Origin: Diplonema japonicum
Lineage: Eukaryota; Protista; Euglenozoa: Diplonemea
Reading direction: 5' to 3'
Length of the DNA: 64,000 nucleotides
Assembly (NCBI GenBank): GCA_964019335.1
Contig: OZ025670.1
Coordinates: forward strand, 434,001-498,000
Position numbers and translations under genes: made by a program. Below the pieces are notes generated by a model. That model saw only the letters and a list, made by a program, of their open reading frames with translations. It was not told where the DNA came from and made no database searches. Positions 1 through 9,955 of this stretch are shown here, piece by piece; the stretch's first letter is position 1; every line of letters begins with the position of its first letter.

Positions 1-506
1 TCAACATAGGTGGGGACCACGAGGTGACCTCAGACGGTGTGAAGGAACTTCTACTGGAGCTGCGGGACCTAGAGGTGGTGCAGATCGAGAACTGCCCGAA
101 AGTCAAAAGAGTTATCCCTTTTTATCTATTTCAAAATCTGAACGAGCTCAGCCTTGTTGGTGTGGCGCTGTCGGATGAAGCGTGCTCCAGGAGCATCGTG
201 GGGTGCGTCACATTGCGCTCCTTAGTACTAGACCTCCTCCCAGACGTGCTGCTCGACAAGACGCTTAAGGTCATTGCTACTCTCTCGCTCACGACCCTCA
301 GTATTTACGACCTGTACTGCACCAGGTCTTCGTACGACATCGTCTCACAGACGCTCAACACTCTCCATCTTTACACCCCTTCCCCGATGCCCTCTACAGT
401 ACTCCTCAAGATATCACAATCCTGTCCTAAACTGCGGTCCTTCCACGGGAGCATCCAAGGCAGGCCCTTACCGGGGCACGTGGCGGTGCACACGATGGGT
501 GTTTAA
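1..506 (+). CDS. Leucine-rich-repeat protein (F-box/LRR-like), 5' partial
   Basis: Repeated LxxLxL motifs (LEVVQIENCPKV, LNELSLVG, LRSLVLD, SCPKLRSF); likely begins upstream of the window. Confidence 0.55.
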   Translation, partial: NIGGDHEVTSDGVKELLLELRDLEVVQIENCPKVKRVIPFYLFQNLNELSLVGVALSDEACSRSIVGCVTLRSLVLDLLPDVLLDKTLKVIATLSLTTLSIYDLYCTRSSYDIVSQTLNTLHLYTPSPMPSTVLLKISQSCPKLRSFHGSIQGRPLPGHVAVHTMGV

Positions 507-577
507 GCTTCCAATTTAATTTTTTTTTTTTGTGATTTCTTTGCAATGATTGAAGGCACAAAGGTGGCAACCTGCAT

Positions 578-1435
578 ATGAAAGAGACGGTTTTATCATT
601 ATGGGAAGGTTTGCTTGCAGAGGCGGGGAGCGCACCCAAGAGGCTTGACAAGGGCGTGAGGATGCACGATGTGCTCATAGTAGTCGATATGCAAGTCGAC
701 TTCATAGACGGCAACGTGAAGGTGCCGGAGGGGGAAACAGCTGCACAGGAGGCAGCTAAGCTCATTAGACACGCTGCTCGTGTGGGGTGTAAAATAATCG
801 CCGCAAAGGCCTTCCATCCTGCAAACCACAACTGTTTCAGGAAGGGAATGATGCCGCCCCACTGCTTGCAAGGATCCGTAGGTGCGAACCTCTGTAGCCC
901 TGTTGCCGATGCACTAACATACGCTGCTGAAAAGGCTGTGGAACGACGCGAGCATTCTGTTCACATGTGCTACAAAGGAATGAATGAAGACATCAACAGC
1001 CCTGGCGCGCTTCCTTATGGCCCGCAGTTTGCCTTGCAACGGCTGCAGATGACCGATACAAACCACATCCCTTTGGAATGGACGGGGTCCTTCGAGCTCC
1101 ATTCTTCTTCCAGGGATCTTAACATTGATGCTCATCCTGACATTCGGTCCATCTTGAAGAAAACGCCAATCAAAGAGCTGCTGTGGGGCCTGCCTGATAG
1201 CTCCCGCATGTTCATTTGCGGCTTGTCTTTCGACTTCTCAGTCCTCGACACAGCGTGTGCCGCCAGCATCATCGGCAAGAAGAACGTCCACATCGTGTTC
1301 GATGCGACACGACCTTTTTACTTTCCAGAAAAAGGGAAATACCGTGGCTTCGTCTCCAACCCCTCTGAGGTGCACAAGATGCTTACCCACAACGAGGTGA
1401 AGTTGTGCAACGTGTTTGACTTTCTAAAACCATAA
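578..1435 (+). CDS. Isochorismatase/nicotinamidase (PncA-like) family protein, probably catalytically altered
   Basis: LIVVDMQVDF, PPHCLQGSVGA, YKG and CGLSFDFSVLDTA match the nicotinamidase fold; the catalytic Cys position reads Ser. Confidence 0.75.
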   Translation: MKETVLSLWEGLLAEAGSAPKRLDKGVRMHDVLIVVDMQVDFIDGNVKVPEGETAAQEAAKLIRHAARVGCKIIAAKAFHPANHNCFRKGMMPPHCLQGSVGANLCSPVADALTYAAEKAVERREHSVHMCYKGMNEDINSPGALPYGPQFALQRLQMTDTNHIPLEWTGSFELHSSSRDLNIDAHPDIRSILKKTPIKELLWGLPDSSRMFICGLSFDFSVLDTACAASIIGKKNVHIVFDATRPFYFPEKGKYRGFVSNPSEVHKMLTHNEVKLCNVFDFLKP

Positions 1436-1443
1436 CCATTTTC

Positions 1444-3231
1444 TTGCCAGTGCAACCAATGTCAGTTATTCCCAGTTACAAAATGTTACCAAATATGCTG
1501 CAAAGCTCGACGTACAAGTGCAAGGTAGAAGCAGCCCTCGTCAACGTTCTGAAGGACCCCTCAGTGAAGGCGGTACCGAAGAAGGTGTGGAGAATGCTGT
1601 GGCTGCTGAGGGAGAGGCGGTGTGCAGAGTGTGAATACTACGACATCAACGAGGACCTTGCGGAGATCGTGCTGCAGTTTGTCCTGAAGGCTGGGCTCAC
1701 TGATACGAACATCAGCCTGCACTTTTCCTTTAGATTTGACAAATGGAATGACAAGCGCTTCTTCTGTAAGATTCAGATGCCTCATCAAACAATGAAATCC
1801 TTGAAGATCGGTGTCCTTTGCTTTTCGGTCACCGAAGAGTTGAATGCTGTGGAGGCAGGACTTGTGCCTGTCTCATCTGCTGACTTTGCTTGCGGAAGGA
1901 ACCGTAAGATATTGCGCAAATTATTCAAACCGTTTGACTACCTCTTGTGCATCGATAGCATGCTTCGCAGCGTTCCAAGGATCGTTGGGCCTCATCTAAA
2001 TAAGATGGGCAAGTTTCCTCATCCCTATTCTGACAAGGCGAACATGAAAAAGATAAAGGAGAACTTGTACTATGAAGCACGATACCAGGCTCGGAAGCCT
2101 GGCTGTGTAATTGGGCACACAGGGCTGACAGCGCAGCAGTTGCGCGAGAATCTCCACACGATGCTGAATGCCATCCTCCTTGAAGTACCTTATAGGAAGT
2201 ATCAATACATAACTGCTGGGATACAAGCTACTTTTGGAGAGTATCAAAGGATAATCGGGAAGGTAACCAGTCCTCTTAACGTGCACCCGAAGCCCGCCCC
2301 CTCCCCCTCTTACCGGTCGCTGTACGTGAGCGTGGCGACAGGGAACGTGGCAGATCTTAAGGAAAGGGTGGCGCACCTCCCAGGGGGGAGATACAAGCGG
2401 TTGTCAGGGTTTCAGCTTCAGAACACATTGGGGTTTGCCTTGGAAGAGTCTGCGGACCTCGAAGTGGTGAGGACACTGCTGAACGCGAAGGGATTGATCT
2501 TCGACAGGGGGAGCAGCCTTGTTATGAAGGCATTACGGTCGAAGCACCTCGAAACAGAGAAGGTTGAGCTGCTCCTGCGAAGCTGCCCCAACATCTGGGT
2601 GTGTTCGAAATGCCTTGAGTACGCTTTCGCTGTTAAGGGGGTCAAAGTGATGGTGGAGATGGGGAGGATGGTGAAGGAAGTGCAGCAGACACAAATGTGG
2701 AGGGGTTTACACGGTATCCGTCCAACGAGGCGGAGTGCTAGGCTGGTGTTGAGGGGTTATGGTGAACAGGTCGATGTGGAAGGTGTGGAGTTCAAACTTG
2801 CTGCATTGTGGGTACTGTACAAGGTTTGCCTCGGTAAAGGGTTGGGGAGCAACACCGTTCTGATTATCAAAAGCATGCTGGGGACTGATTTAGAGACGGC
2901 AATGTACGGGGACTGGTACAAAAAAATTATTTATTCGAGGCCCACCGATTACAGTTTCTATGATTACGATTCTTATTATTGGAGTGACGATTTCTCTGTC
3001 GCCAGCAGTGAAGAGGAACTCCCATTTGCTTTTAAAACGCAACATTACGGTAAGAACATTGAAACAAAGCCTGGAGGGCCTAAGAAGAAGCTACGCAAAC
3101 CGAAAAACACCTCGGGGGCTCAAAGGCATTACATTCGGCCCACAATTCCAACTGCCCCCGTCCCCTTCACCCTTACAAAGGTGGTGGATGCCAACGTATC
3201 TTACGCTGCTGCTTTGTGCAATAAAAACTAA
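1444..3231 (+). CDS. Protein containing a ribosomal uL1/RPL10A-like domain (tandem copy 1); start uncertain
   Basis: FDYLLCIDSMLRSVPRIVGPHLNKMGKFPHP and CVIGHTGLTAQQLRENLH resemble RPL10A (PRILGPGLNKAGKFP...VGH...L..N); long non-ribosomal C-terminal extension. Confidence 0.6.
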   Translation: MPVQPMSVIPSYKMLPNMLQSSTYKCKVEAALVNVLKDPSVKAVPKKVWRMLWLLRERRCAECEYYDINEDLAEIVLQFVLKAGLTDTNISLHFSFRFDKWNDKRFFCKIQMPHQTMKSLKIGVLCFSVTEELNAVEAGLVPVSSADFACGRNRKILRKLFKPFDYLLCIDSMLRSVPRIVGPHLNKMGKFPHPYSDKANMKKIKENLYYEARYQARKPGCVIGHTGLTAQQLRENLHTMLNAILLEVPYRKYQYITAGIQATFGEYQRIIGKVTSPLNVHPKPAPSPSYRSLYVSVATGNVADLKERVAHLPGGRYKRLSGFQLQNTLGFALEESADLEVVRTLLNAKGLIFDRGSSLVMKALRSKHLETEKVELLLRSCPNIWVCSKCLEYAFAVKGVKVMVEMGRMVKEVQQTQMWRGLHGIRPTRRSARLVLRGYGEQVDVEGVEFKLAALWVLYKVCLGKGLGSNTVLIIKSMLGTDLETAMYGDWYKKIIYSRPTDYSFYDYDSYYWSDDFSVASSEEELPFAFKTQHYGKNIETKPGGPKKKLRKPKNTSGAQRHYIRPTIPTAPVPFTLTKVVDANVSYAAALCNKN

Positions 3232-4730
3232 GGTCACGGTCCTGTTGTCCTTTTATTCCTCGTTCTGTCTGTTTCTAACCCATCAACACCCGGACCTCAG
3301 TTGTAAAGATGGAAATATTGCAAAGATTTTTTAACAAGTGCAGGGTAGAAGCAGCCCTCGTCAACGTTCTGAAGGGCCCCTCAGTGAAGGCGGTACCGAA
3401 GAAGGTGTGGAGAATGCTGTGGCTGCTGAGGGAGAGGCGGTGTGCAGAGTGTGAATACTACGACATCAACGAGGACCTTGCGGAGATCGTGCTGCAGTTT
3501 GTCCTGAAGGCTGGGCTCACTGATACGAACATCAGCCTGCACCTCACCTATAAGTTCAACAGACGTCAAGATAAATTCGTAAGGGTCCGGACAGCACTGC
3601 CCCACCAAGCAAGGACTGAGTTACAAATCGGTGTAGTTTGCTTCTCATCAAATGAAGAAACTACTGTCCGAGATATAGGCCTCATACCTATCACCGTCGA
3701 TGATGTGAGGAAATGCCGCAAAAGGCGCAGATTGCTTAAAAGATTATTCGAGCCATTCGACTACCTGTTTTGTGTCGATAACTACATCCGGAACTACCGT
3801 CGTCTGGTCAGTCCCTACGCAAACAGGATGCGGCACCCCGCCATTTATTCTGACAAGGCTGACTTGAAACGGTTAAAGCAAGAGTGCTACCACCTGGCAC
3901 AGTATGCGTCTTGGAAGCCTGGCTGTGTAATTGGGCACACGGGACTGACGGCACAGCAGCTTCACGAGAACCTCCACACGGTTTTGAGCGCCATCCTCTG
4001 TGAGGTGCCTCGTAGGAAGTATCAATACATAACTGCTGGGATACAAGCTACTTTCGGAGAGTATCAAAGGATAATCGGGAAGGTAACCAAGACTCCATTT
4101 CCCATGAGGCCCTCATCCTTATACCAGTCGCTGTACGTGAGCGTGGCGACAGGGAACGTGGCAGATCTTAAGGAAAGGGTGGCGCACCTCCCAGGGGGGA
4201 GATACAAGCGGTTGTCAGGGTTTCAGCTTCAGAACACATTGGGGTTTGCCTTGGAAGAGTCTGCGGACCTCGAAGTGGTGAGGACACTGCTGAACGCGAA
4301 GGGATTGATCTTCGACAGGGGGAGCAGCCTTGTTATGAAGGCATTACGGTCGAAGCACCTCGAAACAGAGAAGGTTGAGCTGCTCCTGCGAAGCTGCCCC
4401 AACATCTGGGTGTGTTCGAAATGCCTTGAGTACGCTTTCGCTGTTAAGGGGGTCAAAGTGATGGTGGAGATGGGGAGGATGGTGAAGGAAGTGCAGCAGA
4501 CACAAATGTGGAGGGGTTTACACGGTATCCGTCCAACGAGGCGGAGTGCTAGGCTGGTGTTGAGGGGTTATGGTGAACAGGTCGATGTGGAAGGTGTGGA
4601 GTTCAAACTTGCTGCATTGTGGGTACTGTACAAGGTTTGCCTCGGTAAAGGGTTGGGGAGCAACACCGTTCTGATTATCAAAAGCATGCTGGGGACTGAT
4701 TTAGAGACGGCAATGTACGGGGACTGGTAC
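1514..4730 (+). repeat. Tandem duplication (~1.8 kb period) with near-identical blocks 1514-1722/3334-3542 and 2316-2919/4127-4730
   Basis: Direct comparison: 209-bp block with 2 mismatches seen; 604-bp block with no mismatch seen by eye. Confidence 0.95.
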
Positions 4731-5018
4731 TCAAACTATTCCAGCACTGCTATCAGCGAAAGGTATTCCTATGATTACGATTATTGCGAGTCTGAGGCAG
4801 GCAACCACGAGGAGGAGGACGAAATCTTCATGTACAAGACTGAACACTGCGGCAAGAACTCTGTACGTCTGTTTGCAAAACTCCGCAAACCAAAGAACAA
4901 CCCTCCAAAGTATAGGCGGCAGCCTGTTACAAGACGAGCCGCTCCTGTCCCCTTCACTCTGACGAAGGAGGTTGCTCCCTCCTTGTCCTATGCTGATGCT
5001 TTGCGGCATACATCTTGA
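3309..5018 (+). CDS. Tandem paralog (copy 2) of the uL1-domain protein
   Basis: Shares near-identical blocks with 1444-3231; the L1-like core is more diverged. Confidence 0.6.
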   Translation: MEILQRFFNKCRVEAALVNVLKGPSVKAVPKKVWRMLWLLRERRCAECEYYDINEDLAEIVLQFVLKAGLTDTNISLHLTYKFNRRQDKFVRVRTALPHQARTELQIGVVCFSSNEETTVRDIGLIPITVDDVRKCRKRRRLLKRLFEPFDYLFCVDNYIRNYRRLVSPYANRMRHPAIYSDKADLKRLKQECYHLAQYASWKPGCVIGHTGLTAQQLHENLHTVLSAILCEVPRRKYQYITAGIQATFGEYQRIIGKVTKTPFPMRPSSLYQSLYVSVATGNVADLKERVAHLPGGRYKRLSGFQLQNTLGFALEESADLEVVRTLLNAKGLIFDRGSSLVMKALRSKHLETEKVELLLRSCPNIWVCSKCLEYAFAVKGVKVMVEMGRMVKEVQQTQMWRGLHGIRPTRRSARLVLRGYGEQVDVEGVEFKLAALWVLYKVCLGKGLGSNTVLIIKSMLGTDLETAMYGDWYSNYSSTAISERYSYDYDYCESEAGNHEEEDEIFMYKTEHCGKNSVRLFAKLRKPKNNPPKYRRQPVTRRAAPVPFTLTKEVAPSLSYADALRHTS

Positions 5019-5238
5019 ATGAAGCCGCTTTCTCTTATTTGTATCAGCAATGACATCGGCACGTCTAGTTGATTTTATTTTTTTCTACGAACTAGAAAAG
5101 AAACGCAAATCGAGTCGAACCTCCCCGCTAACCTCGGTAGGACTGATTCTAATATTCCCTCCCTCCCCCCTTTTTTTTTTCTCTCTTTGAAAATTAAAAG
5201 ATTCGCTGGTTTTATTTTTTATATATCAGGGGAAAGAG

Positions 5239-6219
5239 ATGAAGGCTCCTCGAGGCCCCCCCTTCGAGGTGTCGGCTTATTGCATAGATGGTGCCGTGAA
5301 GAGATGGTGCCTTACTGGTAAGGTATCTCTTGGTGACATGGAGAGGTTCGTGAAATCGTGGCACCCGAACGTCAGGGAGCAGGCAGGGTACAGCAGCGAC
5401 CTGCTGAACCGTACGTTCCATGCAGTGGATGCGGAAGGAAAGGGTTTCATAACAGCCAACCAGATCCGACAGGCTTGCAAGAACGGATCGCATGCTCTAT
5501 TATGGAGGCACCTTGTCAGCCTTGCTTGTGAACGAAACGACATATGGTACACACCTCGTTCCTCAGAGGCAAAAGAAAGCACCTCCAAGAAACGTCCCAA
5601 GAAGAACTCCCGCAAGCTTAGCTCGGATGAAACTCCTGCGTCCCCAACGAAGCAGCAACCTGTGGAATGTCACGATGGTCTGCCTGCAATACACGCCTTT
5701 GAAAAAGCAAAGATAGATGGCAAAGGAAATATGCAGATAGTGGACATACAAGAAGAACCGCCTCTATTCCTTCCCTCTCCGAAATTTAAGGCCGGCAATC
5801 ATCAACCTCGAACTGAGAGGAGGCCGCCTGCAGTGTTTAAACCAAAACCACCACCGGTAGATCAGCCTGCTGGCCCGCGAAGCTCACGGTCTGTAAATCT
5901 CAAAGCACTTAAAGCGAATCTAGCCGCATTTTCTGTAAACGAGTCTCACTTTAGCCTCGGTCTAGAAAAGACCGATGTTGTAGCAGAGAAATCTCGTTAT
6001 GCAGGCACTCGCAAACGCTCCGTGTTCAAGGAGAAAGTGGTAGATTTCAGACCCTTAAGGCGACCCACCACGCTCTTCCTCACTCAGTTCAATCCCGGCA
6101 AGCATACCAACTTCGATGCCGTGTCCCAAGTAGCAAAGAAAAGCGAAATAGAAAACCGCCCCCTTCTTAACGCGCACGCAGTGACCTCTGCTTTTATACA
6201 TTCTTCGTTTCCACGATGA
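5239..6219 (+). CDS. EF-hand-containing hypothetical protein
   Basis: FHAVDAEGKGFITANQIRQA EF-hand-like loop; low-complexity C-terminus. Confidence 0.55.
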   Translation: MKAPRGPPFEVSAYCIDGAVKRWCLTGKVSLGDMERFVKSWHPNVREQAGYSSDLLNRTFHAVDAEGKGFITANQIRQACKNGSHALLWRHLVSLACERNDIWYTPRSSEAKESTSKKRPKKNSRKLSSDETPASPTKQQPVECHDGLPAIHAFEKAKIDGKGNMQIVDIQEEPPLFLPSPKFKAGNHQPRTERRPPAVFKPKPPPVDQPAGPRSSRSVNLKALKANLAAFSVNESHFSLGLEKTDVVAEKSRYAGTRKRSVFKEKVVDFRPLRRPTTLFLTQFNPGKHTNFDAVSQVAKKSEIENRPLLNAHAVTSAFIHSSFPR

Positions 6220-6321
6220 GGTTTTCAGCTGGGAATTCCCCAATCATACGATTTCTTTTTTTTATTTTTATTTTCAAGCTTTATAATAATACACACAGAC
6301 ACAAAAGAAAAAAAAAATAAA

Positions 6322-7654
6322 ATGCAGGCACTGCGTGGACAGAGGAGGTTCGCTGGGATGGGGAGGCCATTGATGAGGAAAATCATTGCCGAGCAGCTGG
6401 AGGAGATCAAAGCTGCAGGTACCTTCAAGAAGGAGAGGGTGATCACGTCGCCGCAGGCAGGGAGCGTGACGACAAGCCAGACCACCGGCCCGGTGCTGAA
6501 CTTCTGTGCGAATAACTACTTGGGACTGAGCAACCACCCGGATGTGACGGCGAGGGCAGCAGAAGTCATCGCGGAGAGAGGTTTCGGGATGAGCTCGGTG
6601 AGGTTCATCTGTGGAACGCAAGACCTTCACGTTGATCTGGAGAACAAGCTGAGCAACTGGCTGGGCACAGAGGAGACCATCCTGTACCCGTCATGTTTCG
6701 ATGCCAACGCAGGTGTGTTCGAATGTCTGCTGACCGACCAGGACGCGGTCATCAGCGACTCACTGAACCACGCATCCATCATCGACGGCATCAGACTGTG
6801 CAAAGCGGAGAGGCACAGGTACAACCACCTCGATATGGAAAACCTGGAAGAGATCCTGAAGAAGACCCAGAACCGCCGTATCCGCATGATCGTCACAGAC
6901 GGTGTCTTCTCGATGGACGGTGACGTGGCACCGCTTGACAAGATCGTCGCGCTTGCCGACCAATACGACGCTGTGATCTTTGTTGACGACTGCCATGGAA
7001 CGGGCATCATGGGCCCCGGCGGTAGGGGTTCCCCTGCGCTCTTCAACGTCTCGGACAAGATCGACGTTCTGAACTCGACACTCGGGAAGGCGATGGGCGG
7101 TGCGTCTGGTGGGTTCTCTTCTGGTGTCAAGGAATTCGTCGATTTGCAGAGGCAGAAGTCCAGGCCGTACCTTTTCTCCAACGCGATCGCACCCCCTGTG
7201 GTGGCGGGGACGCTGAAGGTATATATATATATATATATATTTTTTTTTTTTGTTTCTTCCCTTTATTTTTTTTCTTCCAAACAGGCGTTGGACGTTGTTC
7301 AGAGAGACGACGCGGTGCTCGGGAAGCTCCGTGCCAACACCGAGCAGTTCAGGACGCAGATGAAGGCTGCAGGCTTCGATATCAGGGGGAACGATGCGTG
7401 TGCCATCGCGCCCGTCATGCTTGGCGACGCCAAACTGGCCTCCACTTTCGCTGACAAGATGCTCGAGCAGGTTTTGAATTTTTTTATAAAAAAGAATACA
7501 CTCTCAGGGTATCTATGTCATCGGGTTTTCGTTCCCTGTGGTGCCCAAGGGCCAGGCACGTATCAGAGTGCAGCTCAGTGCAGCCCACAGCTCCGAGGAG
7601 GTGCAGCGACTCATCGACGCATTCATCTCCGTGAAGCAGCAGCTTAACCTGTGA
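6322..7654 (+). CDS. kbl: 2-amino-3-ketobutyrate CoA ligase (glycine C-acetyltransferase); introns 7219-7284 and 7471-7507
   Basis: LNFCANNYLGL, SSVRFICGTQ, LNHASIIDG, DGVFSMDG, STLGKAMGG; spliced C-terminus GIYVIGFSFPVVPKGQARIRVQLSAAH. Confidence 0.95.
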
Positions 7655-8045
7655 GGTGAATTTTCCGAACCATGATCTGGAAGAAAAAAAAAAAAAAAAA
7701 AAAAAAAACGTTTTTTAGCCTTGTTTTTTGTTTTCTTTGTCTCGGGGTAAAGAAAAAAAAAAAAAAAAAAAAAAAAAAAAACGAGCAGAGTGTGTGCATG
7801 AGAAAGGGGACGTAAAAGGGTGCTGGTACATTTCTGAGAAGGTCTTATACATTTGAGGGAACCCCCCCTCCTTCCGAACAAAAGAAAAGAAGAAATAAAA
7901 AAGAAAACGTTGTCGTCCCTATTCACCACCCCCCCCCCCCCCCCCTTCCCCCGGTTTAATTACTTTATTCTATTGTAAACATTTCACGAACAATGGGGGG
8001 GGAAGAAAAAAAAATTCGAAAATAAAATAAAATAAAAAGAGCGGT

Positions 8046-9533
8046 ATGAGGCGAGTCTCAACGGTCCCCGCCGAGGTGCTGCCGATGCATGGGCACAGCG
8101 CGAGCTTGGTAAACGGCAACATGCACGTGATAGGCGGTCTGGTACAAGGTGCTGGGTTCAATCTGGATGTGCTTCGCTACGATGTGGTAACAGGCAAATG
8201 GGACAAAACAACGAAGAAAGAACGCACGACAGAAGAAGCCTCACGGTACCAGCACAGCGCAGAAACGTTCCGCGACACTATTTTCGTCTATGGAGGTTTT
8301 GCCCGACAAGGAAGGCTCCACGGGGACACATGGCAGCTAGACACTTCAAAGCTTAAATGGCAGCTTGTCACCACCCGAGGCGTCGCGCCTGGCATGCGTG
8401 CTGGCCACGCCAGTGGAATTTACAACAACCAAATCTACTATTTCGGGGGGTGGTCGTCCACCGGTTTGATGAACGATCTCTATCAGTTCAACCCCGAAAC
8501 CTCCTTCTTCACCCTTCTCTCGGGGCCTTCTCCCCCGTACGCCCCGTTGCTCAACCTCCCTTCCCACCGTAAGGACTCTGCAATATGCTTTCACGACGAT
8601 TCCCTGTACATCCTCGGAGGACAGGGGATCGGAACCCCTGGTCCGGACAATTGGGGCGACGTTGTCAAGACATGGTTGGTGTCTGATAAGGTCTGGGTGG
8701 ATAGACCTTGTGTGCTGCCTGTGAAACAGTTGCAAGGGTATTGTTTGGCTCAAGATGGAGACGAGGCCATCGTGGTGGGCGGGGGTGTCTCTGGGTTCCG
8801 CGTTTGTTTCGAAGGAATGCACGGCAAAGAGATAGGCGTCGTCCCCAACGTAAAGCAACGCTTGAAAGCAGTAGGAATGTCATGTTGCCTAGTAGGCAAG
8901 ACAGGAATAGCCGTGTGCTACGGGGGGAGAACAGCCTGCGACGGTACCATCCACAGCGATGTCGTGAAGCTGGACACACGGTTCAGCGAAGAGTGTCAAG
9001 ACACCACCGCTGTTCCCGTAACACCAGCGAGAAAAAGACAGAAACAGTCCCCAACCTCGGAATCGAAAACAGAACCGTTGTTTAAAGAAGACAGTAGGCC
9101 GCCCAGCTCTATGGAAGCCTTTCATGCGTATAATGAAGAGCTCGATGATCTATATCTTTCCCGTTCGCCTCTTAACGACCACGAGCTTTACCACAGAGCA
9201 GTTGCGTTACACACTGCACGCAGTCCTCGGTCTGTGTACGTGCAGGTTCTCTCCGATGCACGGAACACTCCCACACCGCTTCCTCCTAAAAAACCTAAGA
9301 GAACTTCTTGTAAAAAGTATAGAAGACAGGTTCTCTCTGCTCAAGTTTGCGATCCTATCTTCCGGAAGCTAGTCGACCGTCCTGTGGTGTCGCCCTGCGT
9401 TCCGAGGGTCGCGCAGCAGGGCTGTCGTCGCCCCATTGGTACCCTTTCACAAGAAGCTAAAATCGTAGGAGAGCAGGTGTCTTATAGGGTCCAGCAGACC
9501 TGGAAACGAGCACCAAGGCCAGAGCATTATTGA
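8046..9533 (+). CDS. Kelch-repeat protein
   Basis: Repeated GHS/HSA...(V/Y)(I/Y/F)GG motifs (HVIGG, FVYGG, YYFGG, YILGG). Confidence 0.85.
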   Translation: MRRVSTVPAEVLPMHGHSASLVNGNMHVIGGLVQGAGFNLDVLRYDVVTGKWDKTTKKERTTEEASRYQHSAETFRDTIFVYGGFARQGRLHGDTWQLDTSKLKWQLVTTRGVAPGMRAGHASGIYNNQIYYFGGWSSTGLMNDLYQFNPETSFFTLLSGPSPPYAPLLNLPSHRKDSAICFHDDSLYILGGQGIGTPGPDNWGDVVKTWLVSDKVWVDRPCVLPVKQLQGYCLAQDGDEAIVVGGGVSGFRVCFEGMHGKEIGVVPNVKQRLKAVGMSCCLVGKTGIAVCYGGRTACDGTIHSDVVKLDTRFSEECQDTTAVPVTPARKRQKQSPTSESKTEPLFKEDSRPPSSMEAFHAYNEELDDLYLSRSPLNDHELYHRAVALHTARSPRSVYVQVLSDARNTPTPLPPKKPKRTSCKKYRRQVLSAQVCDPIFRKLVDRPVVSPCVPRVAQQGCRRPIGTLSQEAKIVGEQVSYRVQQTWKRAPRPEHY

Positions 9534-9576
9534 TTCATGTTTTTTTTTTTATCACTCTCTCCTCCCCTTCTCCCCT

Positions 9577-9613
<37 letters not shown>

Positions 9614-9955
9614 GAAGTTTTAATCGGGTGAAAAGGAAAACGTTTCTACGTTTTTTTTCTCTTTTTTTTTTCCCTCCTTTCTTTTTGTCGTCGACGTATC
9701 GATTTTTTTTTAATTTTATTTTCTTTACTTGTCTCGCATGAAGTTCGGCACATGGGAGCATATGTCCCAACGAAAAAAAGGGAACGGCCGACAGCAACGC
9801 CAAATGATGCGGTGGTGTCGTTGCTCCACAGCTTTCTCCCCAACAACCATAGTATTTTTTTTTTCCTTCATCTATTTCTACTTTCAATTTTCCATTTCGA
9901 ACATTAATTTGAAAAAAAAAAAAAAAAAAGGGAACTTCACACCCCCCTAAAATAA

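Noticed and set aside
6322-7654. kbl/GCAT as part of the biosynthetic cluster (AOS-family release enzyme)
   Set aside because: It is a canonical threonine-catabolism enzyme ~28 kb away, separated by unrelated genes
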